Of a stretch of 64,000 nt of DNA, positions 39,877 through 52,981 are shown one piece after another. The stretch lies in contig CAJFCJ010000002.1 in assembly GCA_904063045.1 (NCBI GenBank), positions 1,634,422-1,698,421 on the forward strand. Direction: 5' to 3'. The first letter of the stretch is position 1. Each line of letters starts with the position of its first letter. The translations under genes and the position numbers were made by a program. The notes beneath the pieces were generated by a model. It did not search any database. It saw only the letters and a list, made by a program, of their open reading frames with translations, and had not been told where the DNA came from. Source of the stretch: Dimorphilus gyrociliatus. Lineage: Eukaryota > Animalia > Annelida.

Positions 39877-40889
39877 AAGGGATATCTATGCTGTCTAATA
39901 TCACGATAAATTTTCCTCCAGAGCGTACTGGAAACGACTATCTAAATAATTAACAAGTTGTGAATATTTACAATCCTATGAGACCAATTTGAGATGAATA
40001 TATTTTCAAAGAGCTCTCCCTTTTTCCCTACTCTCGTTTCTCCTATTCTTTCGTTCCCTTCCCATTTTTATAGTTAGACTCTTTCTTTATGTAACATAAA
40101 TTTCATTCCTCTTCATTTCCCATCAGTTATCCGAATAGAAATTTTTCTTTTCGCTCCTCTTTTAACTTATTAGGAGAAATATTAGTGAATAAATATTTCA
40201 TTAGGTCCTACAGAGAAGATTAAACTCGGTGAAACTATTGAGAGAATAGGCTAAATTGTCAAATTATTTAGAAATCTCTATTTTTCTCCCCTAATCTTGT
40301 TGATTTCTTTCAAATAACAGCTGTCTATTGGATAGAAAAAAGAAAAAATTGTTCTTTGATCTACTTTCTCTAACTACTAGATGAAGAAGAAAAATAATAA
40401 TCCATTTTGAAAAATCTTTTCTCTATGATGTTATCGATACCATAATTATTAATAGTCTTATCGCATATTTTGTGATTTTCGCATGACTCTTTCTTTCTGT
40501 TTACCTTATATTGACCTATAAAGTAAATAGCTGTAAAAAGGAATCCCTTTTACAAAGGAAAGAAATATTAAAAGACTTTTTCGATATAAGCTTTATTATT
40601 CTATAGAGTAATGATAATTTTACTAGTTCCTTTTTTCTTAAATAGGCTATTTTTCTTGTATTTTAGGAGATGTAGGAAATACTTTCGTCTTTTTAATCTT
40701 TAATACGCCTAAATTGTAATACAAAAAATAAATAGTGGCTTTTTGTCTATCAAAACCCGTATAATAAACATATGGGATAATATAAAGTCGTGCTAGAACC
40801 CTGACTATAACGTAAACACTGTAAAAACAAGAAAACAGAGAGTAAATTTAATAGTGATTTTCATTGTCAGTTGAAGAGTTGAAGTGAAG

Positions 40890-41644
40890 ATGGGATCCTT
40901 CTCGGAGACTTCCTGCCTATTAAAATGTGTGATCTTCTTTGTTCTACCGGTAACAATGATTGTTCATGTTGTATCTTTGGGAACAAATCATTGGGTTTAT
41001 GCCAAAATTGCGTCTGCACTTGGAGGATCTATACAAAGGGAATATGGCCTTTTCAAAATGTGTGTTAGCCTAAAGGTTTCTATTGCTAGTCTAGCATCAT
41101 CTTGTGAAACGATAAAGAATGCTCCTGGTAAGAAAAAAACATTTATTTTTATTGATGAAATAACTACTTGTTTATTTCAGACTGGTTGAAATGCGTAAGA
41201 GCTATGATGATTATTGCTCTTATTCTACTTGTAGCGTCTTTTATATTCGCTGTTATCACTTCCTGTGGCAATATCGTTAAAGATACTTGCGGTAAAGCCA
41301 CCCTTGTTACATTGTTATTGCTAGCAGCTGTATGCACAAAAATTTCTTGGATTGTTTTCCTTATTAAATTTGATTTGGTTCCTGCTTTGGATAGAAATTA
41401 TTTTGCAGCTTTTGGACTTGCTGTAGCATCTGGTCTATTGGCTATAATATGCGCTATTTTAGCATTCCTGGAAAAGCCTAATCGCCGAGTTGAACCTCAC
41501 AATTATCCACATGATCCAGCCTACCCCGTTGTTTCAGCACCACCTCCCTACGGTAATAAGAATACGTCAGCAACATATCCAGGCTTTAATCCTGGGTATG
41601 GCTATCCAGACGCACCTCCTCCTCCAAGATATACTGCTCAATAA
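40890..41644 (+). CDS. Claudin/PMP22/EMP-superfamily tetraspan membrane protein (intron 41128-41180)
   Basis: Four hydrophobic segments, a first-loop W..GLFKMC..C signature, PDWLKCVRAMM, and a Pro/Tyr-rich cytoplasmic tail. Confidence 0.8.
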
Positions 41645-41968
41645 GCAAAGTCAATTTGTTACAATGAAACTGAAAAGGATAACTTGAAGAAAGTAAGCAT
41701 GAAACTACTTTTAAAATATACAGCATAGACTTTTGAATAAGATTATATATCCTTAAATACAGAAAAAGCCATTATTTTCCATACTAAACGAAGAAATGTT
41801 CAACAAAGTTGAGCAGTGAAGAAAATAGCATTCGTATCGAAATTTATTGTTCTATCTTGATTATCATTATAATAATAAATAATAATATAAAATAAATATA
41901 CAGTACATTATATTATATTAACACCTTTTGTTAATATTTGAACAATAAACGATAACATTTCGAATTTT

Positions 41969-43419
41969 TTAGCGTTTTTTCAACAGTTGATTTAAATCTG
42001 GTGTACATATTAATTTTTGATTGACTGGTCCTAATGATATCATTTCTCCGAATTCCTCTCCATGTAAACGAATTGATGTCAATTCCTATGAATTAATAAA
42101 TAACTTTAATATTAATCTATTTATCACAGTAAATATTCTTGTAGTTTATTTCCTACCTGATAATATGTCGAAGGAGCAGCTACCGATAAATCTAATTCAA
42201 CATTACCTAGGCGAAGTATAGTTTTCCCTGATTTATGTACAACAACTGTTCCTATACGACCTTCTTTAAAGTCAGACAAGCAGTTTTTATCCTGATTTGA
42301 TTCATTTTCCACCTGATCAGTCTCCCCCTTCACTCTTGAGGGCTGACCAGGTAGAACATCGGGTAACTGAACAAACATGTAATTAGGATAGGTGGCACCT
42401 AATTATTAAAAAAATTGTTTAATGAGAGTTGTTAGTAAAAAACAAACAAAATAATGAAAACAAACTGTCGTCAATTTGTAAAGATCTTAATAATTCGGGT
42501 ATGTTTTCGTCCTTTGTTCCCTCAAATTCAAGAGCATCCTTTTTTATCTTATCCTCTTTTAAAACGAAGACATTTTCAGTTAATAAGCAATAAAAGTCTC
42601 TTTTAATGAATTTACCTGTTTTTACAATGGAAGGTGAAACTGGTGTTTCTAACTTAATTGGTCTCATTGGATCATCATCATCTTCCCCTTCAGCAACATC
42701 GGCTATAAACTTTAAAAATTAAATAATTAGACATAAAAACTATTACTGTACATAAACTATAATTCAACTTACGTCGTCAGCCATAAGTTCATCAATATCA
42801 TGTGAGGACTCCTCTTTAAATTTAACTGATTTTGCAGAGCTACCTTTCTCAGATTTGCTGACTGGGGCTTCGGATTTATCTTATAATTTAATTAGACTTA
42901 AATATTAATATCAATTTACTATTCAATAAACAATTTAGTAAATTTACATTTTCTGGCAGAGGCTGGGGCTAATCCATCTTCAAAAATAGATTTTGCTTGT
43001 ATAACGTTGGGACTGGCTTGACCTCGGCCTCTTCCACGTCCTTCCCCTCTACCTCTACCTCTTCCTCTTCCCCTTCCTCGTCCTGACTTCTTTCCACGGT
43101 TAGATATTTCACTTGGTAGGGAATCGATTGGTTCACTGATTTATTTAAATCTAATTTTACTATACGGAGAGTATTGATTAAATTAGTGTCATACTCTTTT
43201 ACTTGTCTTTTAACATTAACGTTTGGCGTGAACTGTTTCTTAGGTTTTCCGCCTAAAGTTGTAGACCTTCCCTGCAATCTATAATTCATACTTAATATAC
43301 TAATTATTATTAGTAGCACAAACGCTTTACCTAATCGGAAGACCGCCAACAGACGACCTACCTCTCTGCCCACTGGAAGAACTACTATCTTTTCCACTTT
43401 CCTCTTTATTCGATGCCAT
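41969..43419 (-). CDS. POLR3D: RNA polymerase III subunit RPC4 (RPC53)
   Basis: TLGGKPKKQFTPNV, LFVQLPDVLPGQP, LSDFKEGRIGTVVVHKSGKTILRLGNVELDL..QEL..GEMISLGPVNQKLICTPDL. Confidence 0.92.
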
Positions 43420-44148
43420 TTCTTAAGATTGCGTTATCCCGATGCCGATGCGGTCTGCTTTAAATGTTGAGCGAAAATAGGGCAATTGGAAATATTCTCT
43501 TCAAACTCCTTTAATTTAATCTTCAAATTGATGAGTTATTTCAAGGTTATAGTTTCATAAACAACAAAATCTCATGTGAAAGCTATTGAACTTAATAATA
43601 TTTTAACTAATCTTAATATATTTTCAATTTTTTACTCTTCTCACATGAGAAGTTTAACAATATCCTGGGACTTACTAAATAATGACATGGATAGAATAGT
43701 TTTAATTCAGGAAGCCCAAACTGAAATTTCAAATACTAGTGTACTACTTTGCTTTAAATGTAATAATTCTATTTAAATAGGAAATTTATCTATATTCCAA
43801 AATGAGGAGTGAATTTAGTAACTTGTACCGGTCACCTCTCAAAGCCTAATACATTTCATTCCGTCTATCAAAATCCAATTTAACTACAAAATATTAAGTT
43901 AAGTTCAATGATAACAAAGACAAAATGTTGTACCATTCTATCAGTGGAAACTCTTGAAATTGAGTTTTTACTTCTGTGGTAATGTTTTAATTTAGTTTAA
44001 ATCAATGACTTTCATTTTATCAATAATAACAATCTTTACTAATGCAAAAACAAGATGAAAAGAAAATAATGATAAATACATTTATGTTTAATATATACTA
44101 TAATACTTATATTTATAGAAAATATAAAACAATGAAAAAGTAAATAAT

Positions 44149-47100
44149 TCAATCTAGAATCAAAAATTTAGCGTAATGAGGAGCCAATAAGCCAATATGA
44201 GCGTGGATCACACTTTTTATTATCTCAGTGTATTTAGGATCACAAACTGAAAATGTAAAATTGTTCTTGTTGAAAGATTATACAAAGGAAGAGAATATAT
44301 TTTAAAATACTAGTACAAACCTTTTAATCGTTTTCTTTCAGGAACTGGTGGATTTTCCTTTGAAAAGAAAAATAGTTTATTCAAAATACAAGTAAATTGG
44401 TTATAAAAAGTTAAAGGTAAACCTTGACGTAATTCCATATGTTTTGCAATAATCTATAAACTTCAAAAGGTGCAACTAAATGAACAATGTCTGATGAATT
44501 ACTGAGCATTTCGGGAATTAAATTCCCCTGGAAAATTTATTTAAATTGTAAGTCGTATTGGTTTTAATAAATTAAGCTTTGGCCTACCTTAGTCATTAGA
44601 CTGAGAATTTTACAAATTAATTCACTTTTTTCCCTATTTGGGGATCTCTCTTGACATGCGTTCCAAAAAGATAGTTGAATAGCAAAGAGGGCTCGCAAAA
44701 TACTAGAACAATAACACATGGCTCCTGGGGCTGAATAGGTAAATTATTTCACGTCAAAATTGTTTCTACGATATAAAAATATAAATATTACCTGTACTCA
44801 TAAGATCCATTACATCCCAGAGAACGGGATAATTTTTAAATTTCTGTGTAATAACTATATCTCTTTCAACTGTTATTTTCATATAGTCCTCATCAGGCCA
44901 TTGAATACCATTGTACATAACATCAGGACAAATCAGTTCAACAAGTAGTAAACTCATAAAATGTGCTGTTTCGCTTGGAATACCTTCTCCAGTACCCTCC
45001 TCGTGAACACTTGCCGCTTTATATAATATTTGTATATAAGTCATACGATTGTGTGCAAGAAATTCCTCATCTAGTCGACTATGATTTGGTTTTTCTCCCA
45101 AACTCTCACCAAAAGAAGCTCCGGTATGTAGCTTCGAACTAAGGAAAGGTGCCTGCAAGTCATTTACTTGTGGCATGAGATCATCCTCTGGAATTTTTAT
45201 ATTCTCTTCTCCATTTTGCGGGCTGCCTCCTAAAACACAAGCGTAATCAGCATTAAAAATTCCCTCCAATAGCTCTCTTATCATTGTTCTATTGGCTGTT
45301 GGAATTTGGCAAAGGCTGGTCACTAATTGTCGTACACTGAGAAGAACTTCAGATTTTGACAAACTTTCCTCCCTGTTTTATTAAAAGAGAACAATTTATT
45401 TGTACACAATCTTGATCCATTGTTAAAGAAATATACCTTCCCAGGTTTTCAAAAATAAAAGCTACTGTACTTCTAATTAATCTCATTAATACCGCATTTG
45501 CTGTTCTCCGTGGTAAACCTATTTGAATGAGAACAAGCAATGCGGTATCGGTAATTTTTTCATCATCATAAGTTAAAAAATTCGAAAATGTTACTAAATG
45601 ATTTTGCAACAGCTCAAAAGCTTGTGTTCTTGTAGGGAATGACATTTTGTTCTTTCTTAAACTTCTTTCCCATTTGCACAGAGAATATATATTTTCCAAT
45701 CCTTGTCTTAATTTCTGTTTATCATGCGGAATTTTAAACCAGCTAACAATTCTTTGAATAGTTTCCGGAAAAACTTTGATTAATCGTGGTTCCATCTCCT
45801 CATGCATGCAGACAGCCAAGCCTACCATTTCTGCCGAGCTTCCTTCGAGAATTATATGGGATAGAATATCTGCAGCTAAGGCACAACCATGATAAAATCC
45901 AAGCGAAGTGGCTATTCTATAAATTTGACAACGAGGTATTATATATTTCATTCTGTTTAAATTTATAAAAATTTATACCGTTGTAAAATTGATCTTTTTT
46001 GTCCCGGAGGAGATTCCAAAAGCCACTGAATCACTGTTTTCGTATGATTTCTCAAGGCATCCAAAAGAGGTATTTCGAAAGGTACAGCTTGTGGTGGTCC
46101 ACCATTCTTTGGCCAAGTGAACTTACTACCATGTAACTCCCTTTGAAGACTATTTGACGATTGTTCCAATAAAAATGAGCATTGCTCACGAATTTGAGTA
46201 CCCGAAGCATCAGATAAGCCATCCAACATAAATTTTAATATCTTAAGTGCTGCTGATGGATTATCGAGACGATAAAGATTTTGTAATGTAACAGAGTTTA
46301 ATCTATAATTTTAAAGAATTTTAATTAGCAATGCTAATGTAATTTAAATATTTTTACAAACTGTTTCCAATCTCGTATATTCCCAGGCAATTGTTCAGCT
46401 AATTTTTTCATGAACTCAGTCTCAACTATTCAGATTAAAGATTATCAATAACATTTTACATGTTAAAAATATTTAAACACCCATAAAAGATAACTTACCT
46501 AAATCAATCAAATAAGGAGAAAAGGCGTGATATAGCTGATCGGACATTGAAATAATATTGGAGATAAACGGAACAACATAAACTGATTTCTCACTTATCT
46601 CCTCATTTATGCTAGACTGATTAATTAGAATAGTATAATATCGATTGTAAATTGAAACTTTTTACTTACTCTAACAAAATGCAATAGACTGAGGCAAACG
46701 TCTTCTCTATGCTGACAACACATTTGAGTTAAAATACCAGTTATAGATTGTAGTTGAGACTTGTCCTTTGATATTTGAAAATATCCCATTGTAGTTAATT
46801 CTTTCAAAGTTGTTTTTAGCAAAAAGTCAATTATGGCACGTGGGAAGCAAGATCTATATTTTAAGACATAAAATTAGATGAAATTATTAGATTTCTATTT
46901 AAATGCTTACCCAACATATGCTACAACCCAATCAAAATATGGAGTGTACTGTTTTGCCTTTTCCCATAACCTTGGTTCGCAGTCAATGCTTGACATTTGT
47001 GACCTTTTATCGAAATTATTTTATAATAACTCATTAATAATGGCTATTAAACTAAACGTACATATATCCGAAAGATTTAGCAGTAATTTCTACTAAAAGC

Positions 47101-47835
47101 TTTGATGGCAAACAATTGATCCAAGCTTGAGTTATAACGTTCAAGTTAGTTGCAGTTTGGACCAAATTGATTTTATCAAAAAAGGTTTTACTGATGTGAC
47201 CCAGCATATCCATTGACCACTGAAAAGAAATATTTCATTGGTAGATATTCAAAGTTGTATGGATAGTCGGAATTTTCTAGACTTACTGTTGCTACTATGG
47301 GCGCCCAACCTCTAACATTTGTCTGGGATTGATCAATCAAATCACCAAATAAATTCCTAATAACTTCAACTGCATTGAATAAATCTTGCTTGGTCTTATC
47401 CAGATCCTTACGATCTTCTAATAACAATTATAATTTTCCTTTATATAATAATAGAGAAATTTTTAATACTAACCGGCTAGTACCGGCCCATGTAAGGTAC
47501 TTTGGAAATAAACATTTACAGCTTCATCGAAAACTTCCGAAAAGTAATTAAAAACTGCGGATTTCGTAATAGGAACTTCTCTTAGAACTTCTTCAGCTAG
47601 CTTTACAATACTTTCCTTGCTTGCCCTGCTCTTTGTTGCCTGTCTTAACCATTCTTCTGTTAGAGTCTTTTGCTGGAAATATATCGATTATATTATCGCT
47701 CAAGAAATTATAATTTAAAAGTTTTGGCCAAAAATGAAAAAAGTTTATAAATCATCGATATTATAATATCAGCATCCTACAAACCTCTTGGAATTCCTTT
47801 GAAACAGAGCTAGGGGAGGCTTGAGCTTCATCCAT
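44149..47835 (-). CDS. INTS5: Integrator complex subunit 5 (multi-exon; start codon less certain)
   Basis: KSAVFNYFSEVFDEAV, WAPIVA.WSI, DCFIDFL..SAISPFSPYLIDL, LLVELICPDV..WPDED..KITVERD, MCYCSSILRAL, VAPFEVYRLL..IW, and IKSVIH at the C-terminus. Confidence 0.85.
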
Positions 47836-48578
47836 GAGCTCATAGAATCGACCTTGACACTTGTAGTTTACCTAAATGCCGGAGAGAATGATAAACCGCT
47901 CAGAAAATTAGTCAGGTTCCCAGACTTTTCAAGTCCACTTGGTACTTAACTCCTATAATCCTCACATGTCACATGTAATATATAACATAGACATTATTCT
48001 GCAAGTAATTAAACTTTGGTGACCTGAGAAAGTTGTTTCTTCATCTAAATTGGTAAGCAACAATTAAAATTTCATTACTAATTCTAGTGTAGTGGAAAAT
48101 GATCTTTAGAGATATCAGTTGAATATAGCGCAGTTACGATATCGTTAATTATTCATTTGATCGTTAGAAGAATTTACAGTAGTAATATCACAAATTTCCT
48201 TCATAAAAACCAAATTTAACTCAATTTTTAGTATTATTTATTTATATTAATAATATATAACAAATATTTTATATTGTCAAACTAAAAAAAATTTTTAAGC
48301 TTATCGCGATCTAGTATGAAGTGTCTGTTTATTGTTTTTAAAAGAGTAAATTAAGGTATGAGGGGTTTATCAAACTTTTGTATCTGATCGGAAAGTCGAA
48401 AACATAGGGGTAGCGGTACTTTCGAAAGCACCATCTCCTTTAGCCAATTGGGATTTAGTAGTACTCGAGCTTTTGTATATATTGCCTCCCTCATTTCGAG
48501 GAGGATGTATAGAAAATGATCGAATCTGCAGGTTTTACAAAATTCATATAAAATTTAACAGTTATTGTTGAAGTGAAA

Positions 48579-49259
48579 ATGTCAGATGATCTGCTAACAC
48601 TTAATGTTGGTGGTGTGCAATATACTACAACAAGACACACTCTGCTTAGATACCCGGAGAGCATGTTGGGAAAAATGTTTGATGGAAATTTTGTGCCATC
48701 CTGCAAAGATAAAGATGGAAACCACTTCATAGATAGAGATGGTGAACTATTCCGCTACATCCTCAATTTCCTTAGATCTGGCCGATTAAAACTTCCTCAA
48801 AATTTTACTGACTTTGAACTTCTCGAGAACGAAGCCGATTTCTATCAAATTTCTGCCTTAATAGATGCTCTACAAGAGTTTAAAAAGCATTCTACTGACG
48901 GTGCTTATTTGGAGATACTAGACTTCGAAGAAACTGCATACTTTTACAGGTTTTATAGCGATCCGCCTAAAGGCATTAATTCGGATTTAAAGAATGGCGG
49001 ACTAGTCATTTCCGGTTCCAAGGAGGTTCTGTTGAGTCTACCGTTACCTGACAAAACTCACAAGGAAGTAGAAAAATCTGAATCACAGTATAGGAGTGTA
49101 AACATTAGCAGCACAGCCTGTCCAAAGATGGCTCTAGTTCATTTTTTGCAATCCAACTGTTGGCAACTGGTTAAATCATCATTTGCGTATAATAGTGACA
49201 CGGATGGTTCCTATATGGTACACAAATACATATGGTTTAAACCAAGTCTCAATTTATAG
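48579..49259 (+). CDS. BTB/POZ potassium-channel-tetramerisation-domain protein, KCTD6/21-like, intronless CDS
   Basis: LTLNVGGVQYTTTRHTLLRYPESMLGKMF..FIDRDGELFRYILNFLRSG..LLENEADFYQI. ATG at 48579. Confidence 0.88.
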   Translation: MSDDLLTLNVGGVQYTTTRHTLLRYPESMLGKMFDGNFVPSCKDKDGNHFIDRDGELFRYILNFLRSGRLKLPQNFTDFELLENEADFYQISALIDALQEFKKHSTDGAYLEILDFEETAYFYRFYSDPPKGINSDLKNGGLVISGSKEVLLSLPLPDKTHKEVEKSESQYRSVNISSTACPKMALVHFLQSNCWQLVKSSFAYNSDTDGSYMVHKYIWFKPSLNL

Positions 49260-49632
49260 AAAATAATCAGGGAAAAAGCAATGCATCAAGAATTCTAAGT
49301 CTATAACTGGTTTTATGCCCAAAGCCCTTGGAAAATTCCTCTCTACTGTTTATTACGTTTTGTCTTGGGTATGTGTCATTCCAAGAAGTATTTGTATGAA
49401 AGATAATTTAAACTGTTTTTGCTTTAAATAAAAAGTTGTCTACATGGAAAAAAAGAAATCAAAAATTCGTATTATTCTCAATGTTGAAATATTAGATGCA
49501 ACTCTTTTTTTTCTCTATATTTTCCTTAAAAAATCCATATTAAACAATTTGAAGAAGAAAGAAAGACCAATAATATCTTTCCTTTATTTTACAAATAATT
49601 TATAGAAAGTTTAAAAATAACATATAGAATAT

Positions 49633-51376
49633 TTATTGTCTTAAGAATTTAGTGCTAATTGGTATATGAAGTAGAGAACTTGAGGAAGATTGATTAACAT
49701 ACTTTTTCCTTATATAAGGCTGATAGGTTTGTTTAGGAGCACTAGGAGTTATTTTACCCAATTTCTTCATGGCTTTCTGCCTGTGAGAATAAAAAAAAAC
49801 ACGTGTACAAGGAGAAATTAATGTGGGAAAAAATATTTAATACCTTCGATGTTCTCGTCTCTCTTTACCCCAACTTGAGGCTGTAGCTGGTAGCCAATTC
49901 TTGGGTGTTCCCGCCCCTATTTCATCTTCATTGTTAGCACCTAGTCGATTTTTCGGTAAACGTTTTCTTTTCAGCGAAGCCACTTTTTTTTTCATCAATA
50001 AGAAAAAAACATTAAACATTACTTTATTAAACCTAGAAAGTTAAAGGTTATACACAAATCCATTAATAATACGCCTAAATCTACTCCTAAATAAAACAAT
50101 AAGTAGATTATTGTTGCGGCTTTTATACGTTATTTTTTTTTAAAAGTGTATTGTATAAAATTTAGAATCTCTACTTACGGTACCGGTCGAACTCCTGACG
50201 AGTTGGACCTATATTTACTTTCGAGTTGGCCGCCTGTTTTTGTTGATCGCACGTAGAAGATGGCAATAACCAGGGTGGTGTAGCTCCAGTGTGTACATTA
50301 CCCTGATTAGGCGTCGGCTAGAATAAACAAAACCTTTAAACCTCGACCTAACTGAGGGAATGATATACTCTTACCGTTGGTTTACTTTTAGTTAGTCCAT
50401 TTCTTTCGGATGTTTGTTGGATGTTAGTAGAATGGGTTTCAACCTTTGTTGCGCAATTAATCTGTTTATTTAAGGAATTAATTCGTACTAAAATATATTT
50501 ATAAATAATGTTCCATGAACATAATATAATAGATTTTTTGTTTTAAGAGCTTTAAAAAAAGATACGTCAACCAACACTTGTTATGTCTCTTCTTAAACTT
50601 TCCTGTGCAAGAATACTTTCTTTTATCTGGAATGTTCAACATCTTATTAGATATATTTTAAACAATATAATATATATTTATTTATTGCTCATAATATGTT
50701 AATTACGTACTAGATCCAATTTCGTAAATCTATCATTTTTATACTGATGGAGAGCCTTCTTATTCTTTTCTTTAAATCTAAATTTTTCGAATATTTTAGC
50801 CAAAACTTTAAATAGATAGCTAATTAGTCGAAAAACTTACTCGTCTACAAACATAAAATCGATAACATACTCTGTAATCACGTTCCTATCCAATTTATTC
50901 TCACGCCAAAATGATAATGTTTCTTTCATATGCGAATCTCTAAAATAGAAATCACTCTTTTAATTTATAATTGTACTTGAGCGCACTTATCTCATTTCTT
51001 TCTTGTTTATAAAATACTTACGAGTTTAAATGTTCAATAAATTTTTGATTATATATAATGAATCTGTCATTTATTTCATTCTTCTCTACATCTTTCCAAC
51101 ATAAAACACACCAGATTTTTTTATTTACTTCATTTCCATTACTCATAACGTCAGCAATGTTAGGTTTTTCCATATGATTTTTTGCATCTTTAATCTGCAA
51201 AAGTTTTTTTTTCTTTAAGATGATGAGTAAGAAACTTTGAGAGATTTCTTTTTTTGTGTTACCTTAGTCATAAATTTTTCCAAAGCTTTTTTCACAGAAA
51301 TTTTATGCTTCTTTGTGTAAACATGACCTTTGTTTTCGGTGTTTTTTTGGCACACTTTACAATAGAAATATTCCAT
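49633..51376 (-). CDS. CENATAC: CENATAC / CCDC84, minor-spliceosome-associated zinc-finger protein (3' end uncertain)
   Basis: CKVCQ..GHVYTKKH..ALEKF, WCVLC..FIEHLNS..H..FWRENK, GNVHTGATPPW, IGPTRQEF, KRLPKNRLGAN and WLP..SWG match CCDC84 (GHVYSRKH, GNIHSGATPPW, IGPSYEEF, LPPDRVGANF, WLPSFG). Confidence 0.85.
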
Positions 51377-52320
51377 ATCAAGAACATCAGCTGTTTGCGA
51401 TCCAGTACTGAGAATTTTTTGTATATAATTATACTAATTGGACAATTCTTTAAATGCGTTTATAAAGAATTTAAGAATGGCTATTATTAGATTTAGATGC
51501 TATATTCTATGCTTGTTAAATCAGTATAACCATGCGACAGAGAGCTTACTTTTCTTCAATTACTATTAATGCTTTTATTTTTCTAGAATTTCTATAAACT
51601 TGAATGGAAAGCTAGGTCAGATGACTAGTGTTTGAAAACAGATGAAAATTATTTAGCAGACTACTTTTTCAAAATGGCGCAAAAACATATACGTTTATAT
51701 TTTCGTATCTTTAGCCTATTTAACGTTTATATTTTACATTTAAAAGCTAAGAATGTAAATGATAAAAAACCTCTATTTAGAATTTTATACGAGACGAAAT
51801 TTTCAAAAATTGGAATTAGAAGCCGAAAACCTTAAATTTACAGGAAGTCGTACAATTCTAGTGCAGAGTTTTTGTAAATTTATAGATTACACCTATTATA
51901 CATGTTTGATGATCCTAATAAGAATTTAATTATGTTCTTTTGTAATTACCGTACTACAAAAGAAGAAAAAAATCAATTTTTGTGTCTTGAAAAGACCTTT
52001 ATCAAAAACAAAATATACTATTAAGTATAAAATATAACAGTTTATTAGAGAAATACATTACACGTGTTATTGCACGTAAATTAGTGTATCGTATTTTCTA
52101 TACATAGTTTTTTCGTCTGTAAAAAGGAATGAAATGATATTTCAAAAGTAAATCCTAAATTTAAGAAAGTTTAAAAACTTTCCATTACAATGATTGAAAA
52201 TGAATACTTAAAACTAATACTAAAACATAGCTTTTCTATTGTCCAATTGTTTGTTGAATAGATAGATGATGGTATGAAAAAAATGAACATAACCTAAATA
52301 TCTTAACAATTTTAGATTTT

Positions 52321-52981
52321 CTAAGTTGATAATACAACAAGCAGCGAAAGCAAACAGCATAACAATAACAAAATAAGATGATTTGTATAAAGTGCAGCCT
52401 GACCAAAAACTGATGGATCATAATCAAAACAATTGGTCTCTCCTTCTTCAACATAAAACCTTTGCCCTAGACAAAACTCGGCTCCTGTTTGATATTTCTG
52501 ACCAATACTATGCCTTTGAAATTCAGCTTGAGAGCATTCTTCGTAAATTTTCTCGCAAAATCTTGAACACACTTTAGCACGATCGTTTATATACCAAACA
52601 CCCTGTTCGGGGCTACAAAAATAACACATCAAGTAATTCATCATATTCTGGCACGTTTTAGTTGACTTGTATAGTGGATACATTCCACTAAAAACAGAGG
52701 TAACTTCTGTCCTCCGGCAACAAGCATTAGAAGCATACCAAGAACAATTTATTAAATTTCCCTGAGGTGATGAGAATCGTGCTCCTTCTGATCAAAGAAA
52801 ATAAAGATTTTCTTGGTAAATTGTCTAAATAGATATGTAGTTTCAACTTACTGCCGAAATAAGTACATGGCTTTGATTCACTAATCGTGGATGTTACATA
52901 TTGACATGTTATTATTATTAGTAGTAATATAAAAAAGGAAGAAATTATGAAATTTCTCCCATGAATTATATTAGCAACCAT
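52321..52981 (-). CDS. Folate-receptor-fold (Folate_rec) protein with signal peptide and GPI-type hydrophobic C-terminus (2 exons)
   Basis: Signal peptide, then PCTYFG..NCSWYASNACC..TCQNMMNYLMCYFCSPEQGVWY..KVCSRFCEKIYEEC..FC..NCF, which follows the Cys spacing of the FOLR/RBP/Juno/HHIP-N family. The protein ends in a hydrophobic tail with no cytoplasmic domain. Confidence 0.78.
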
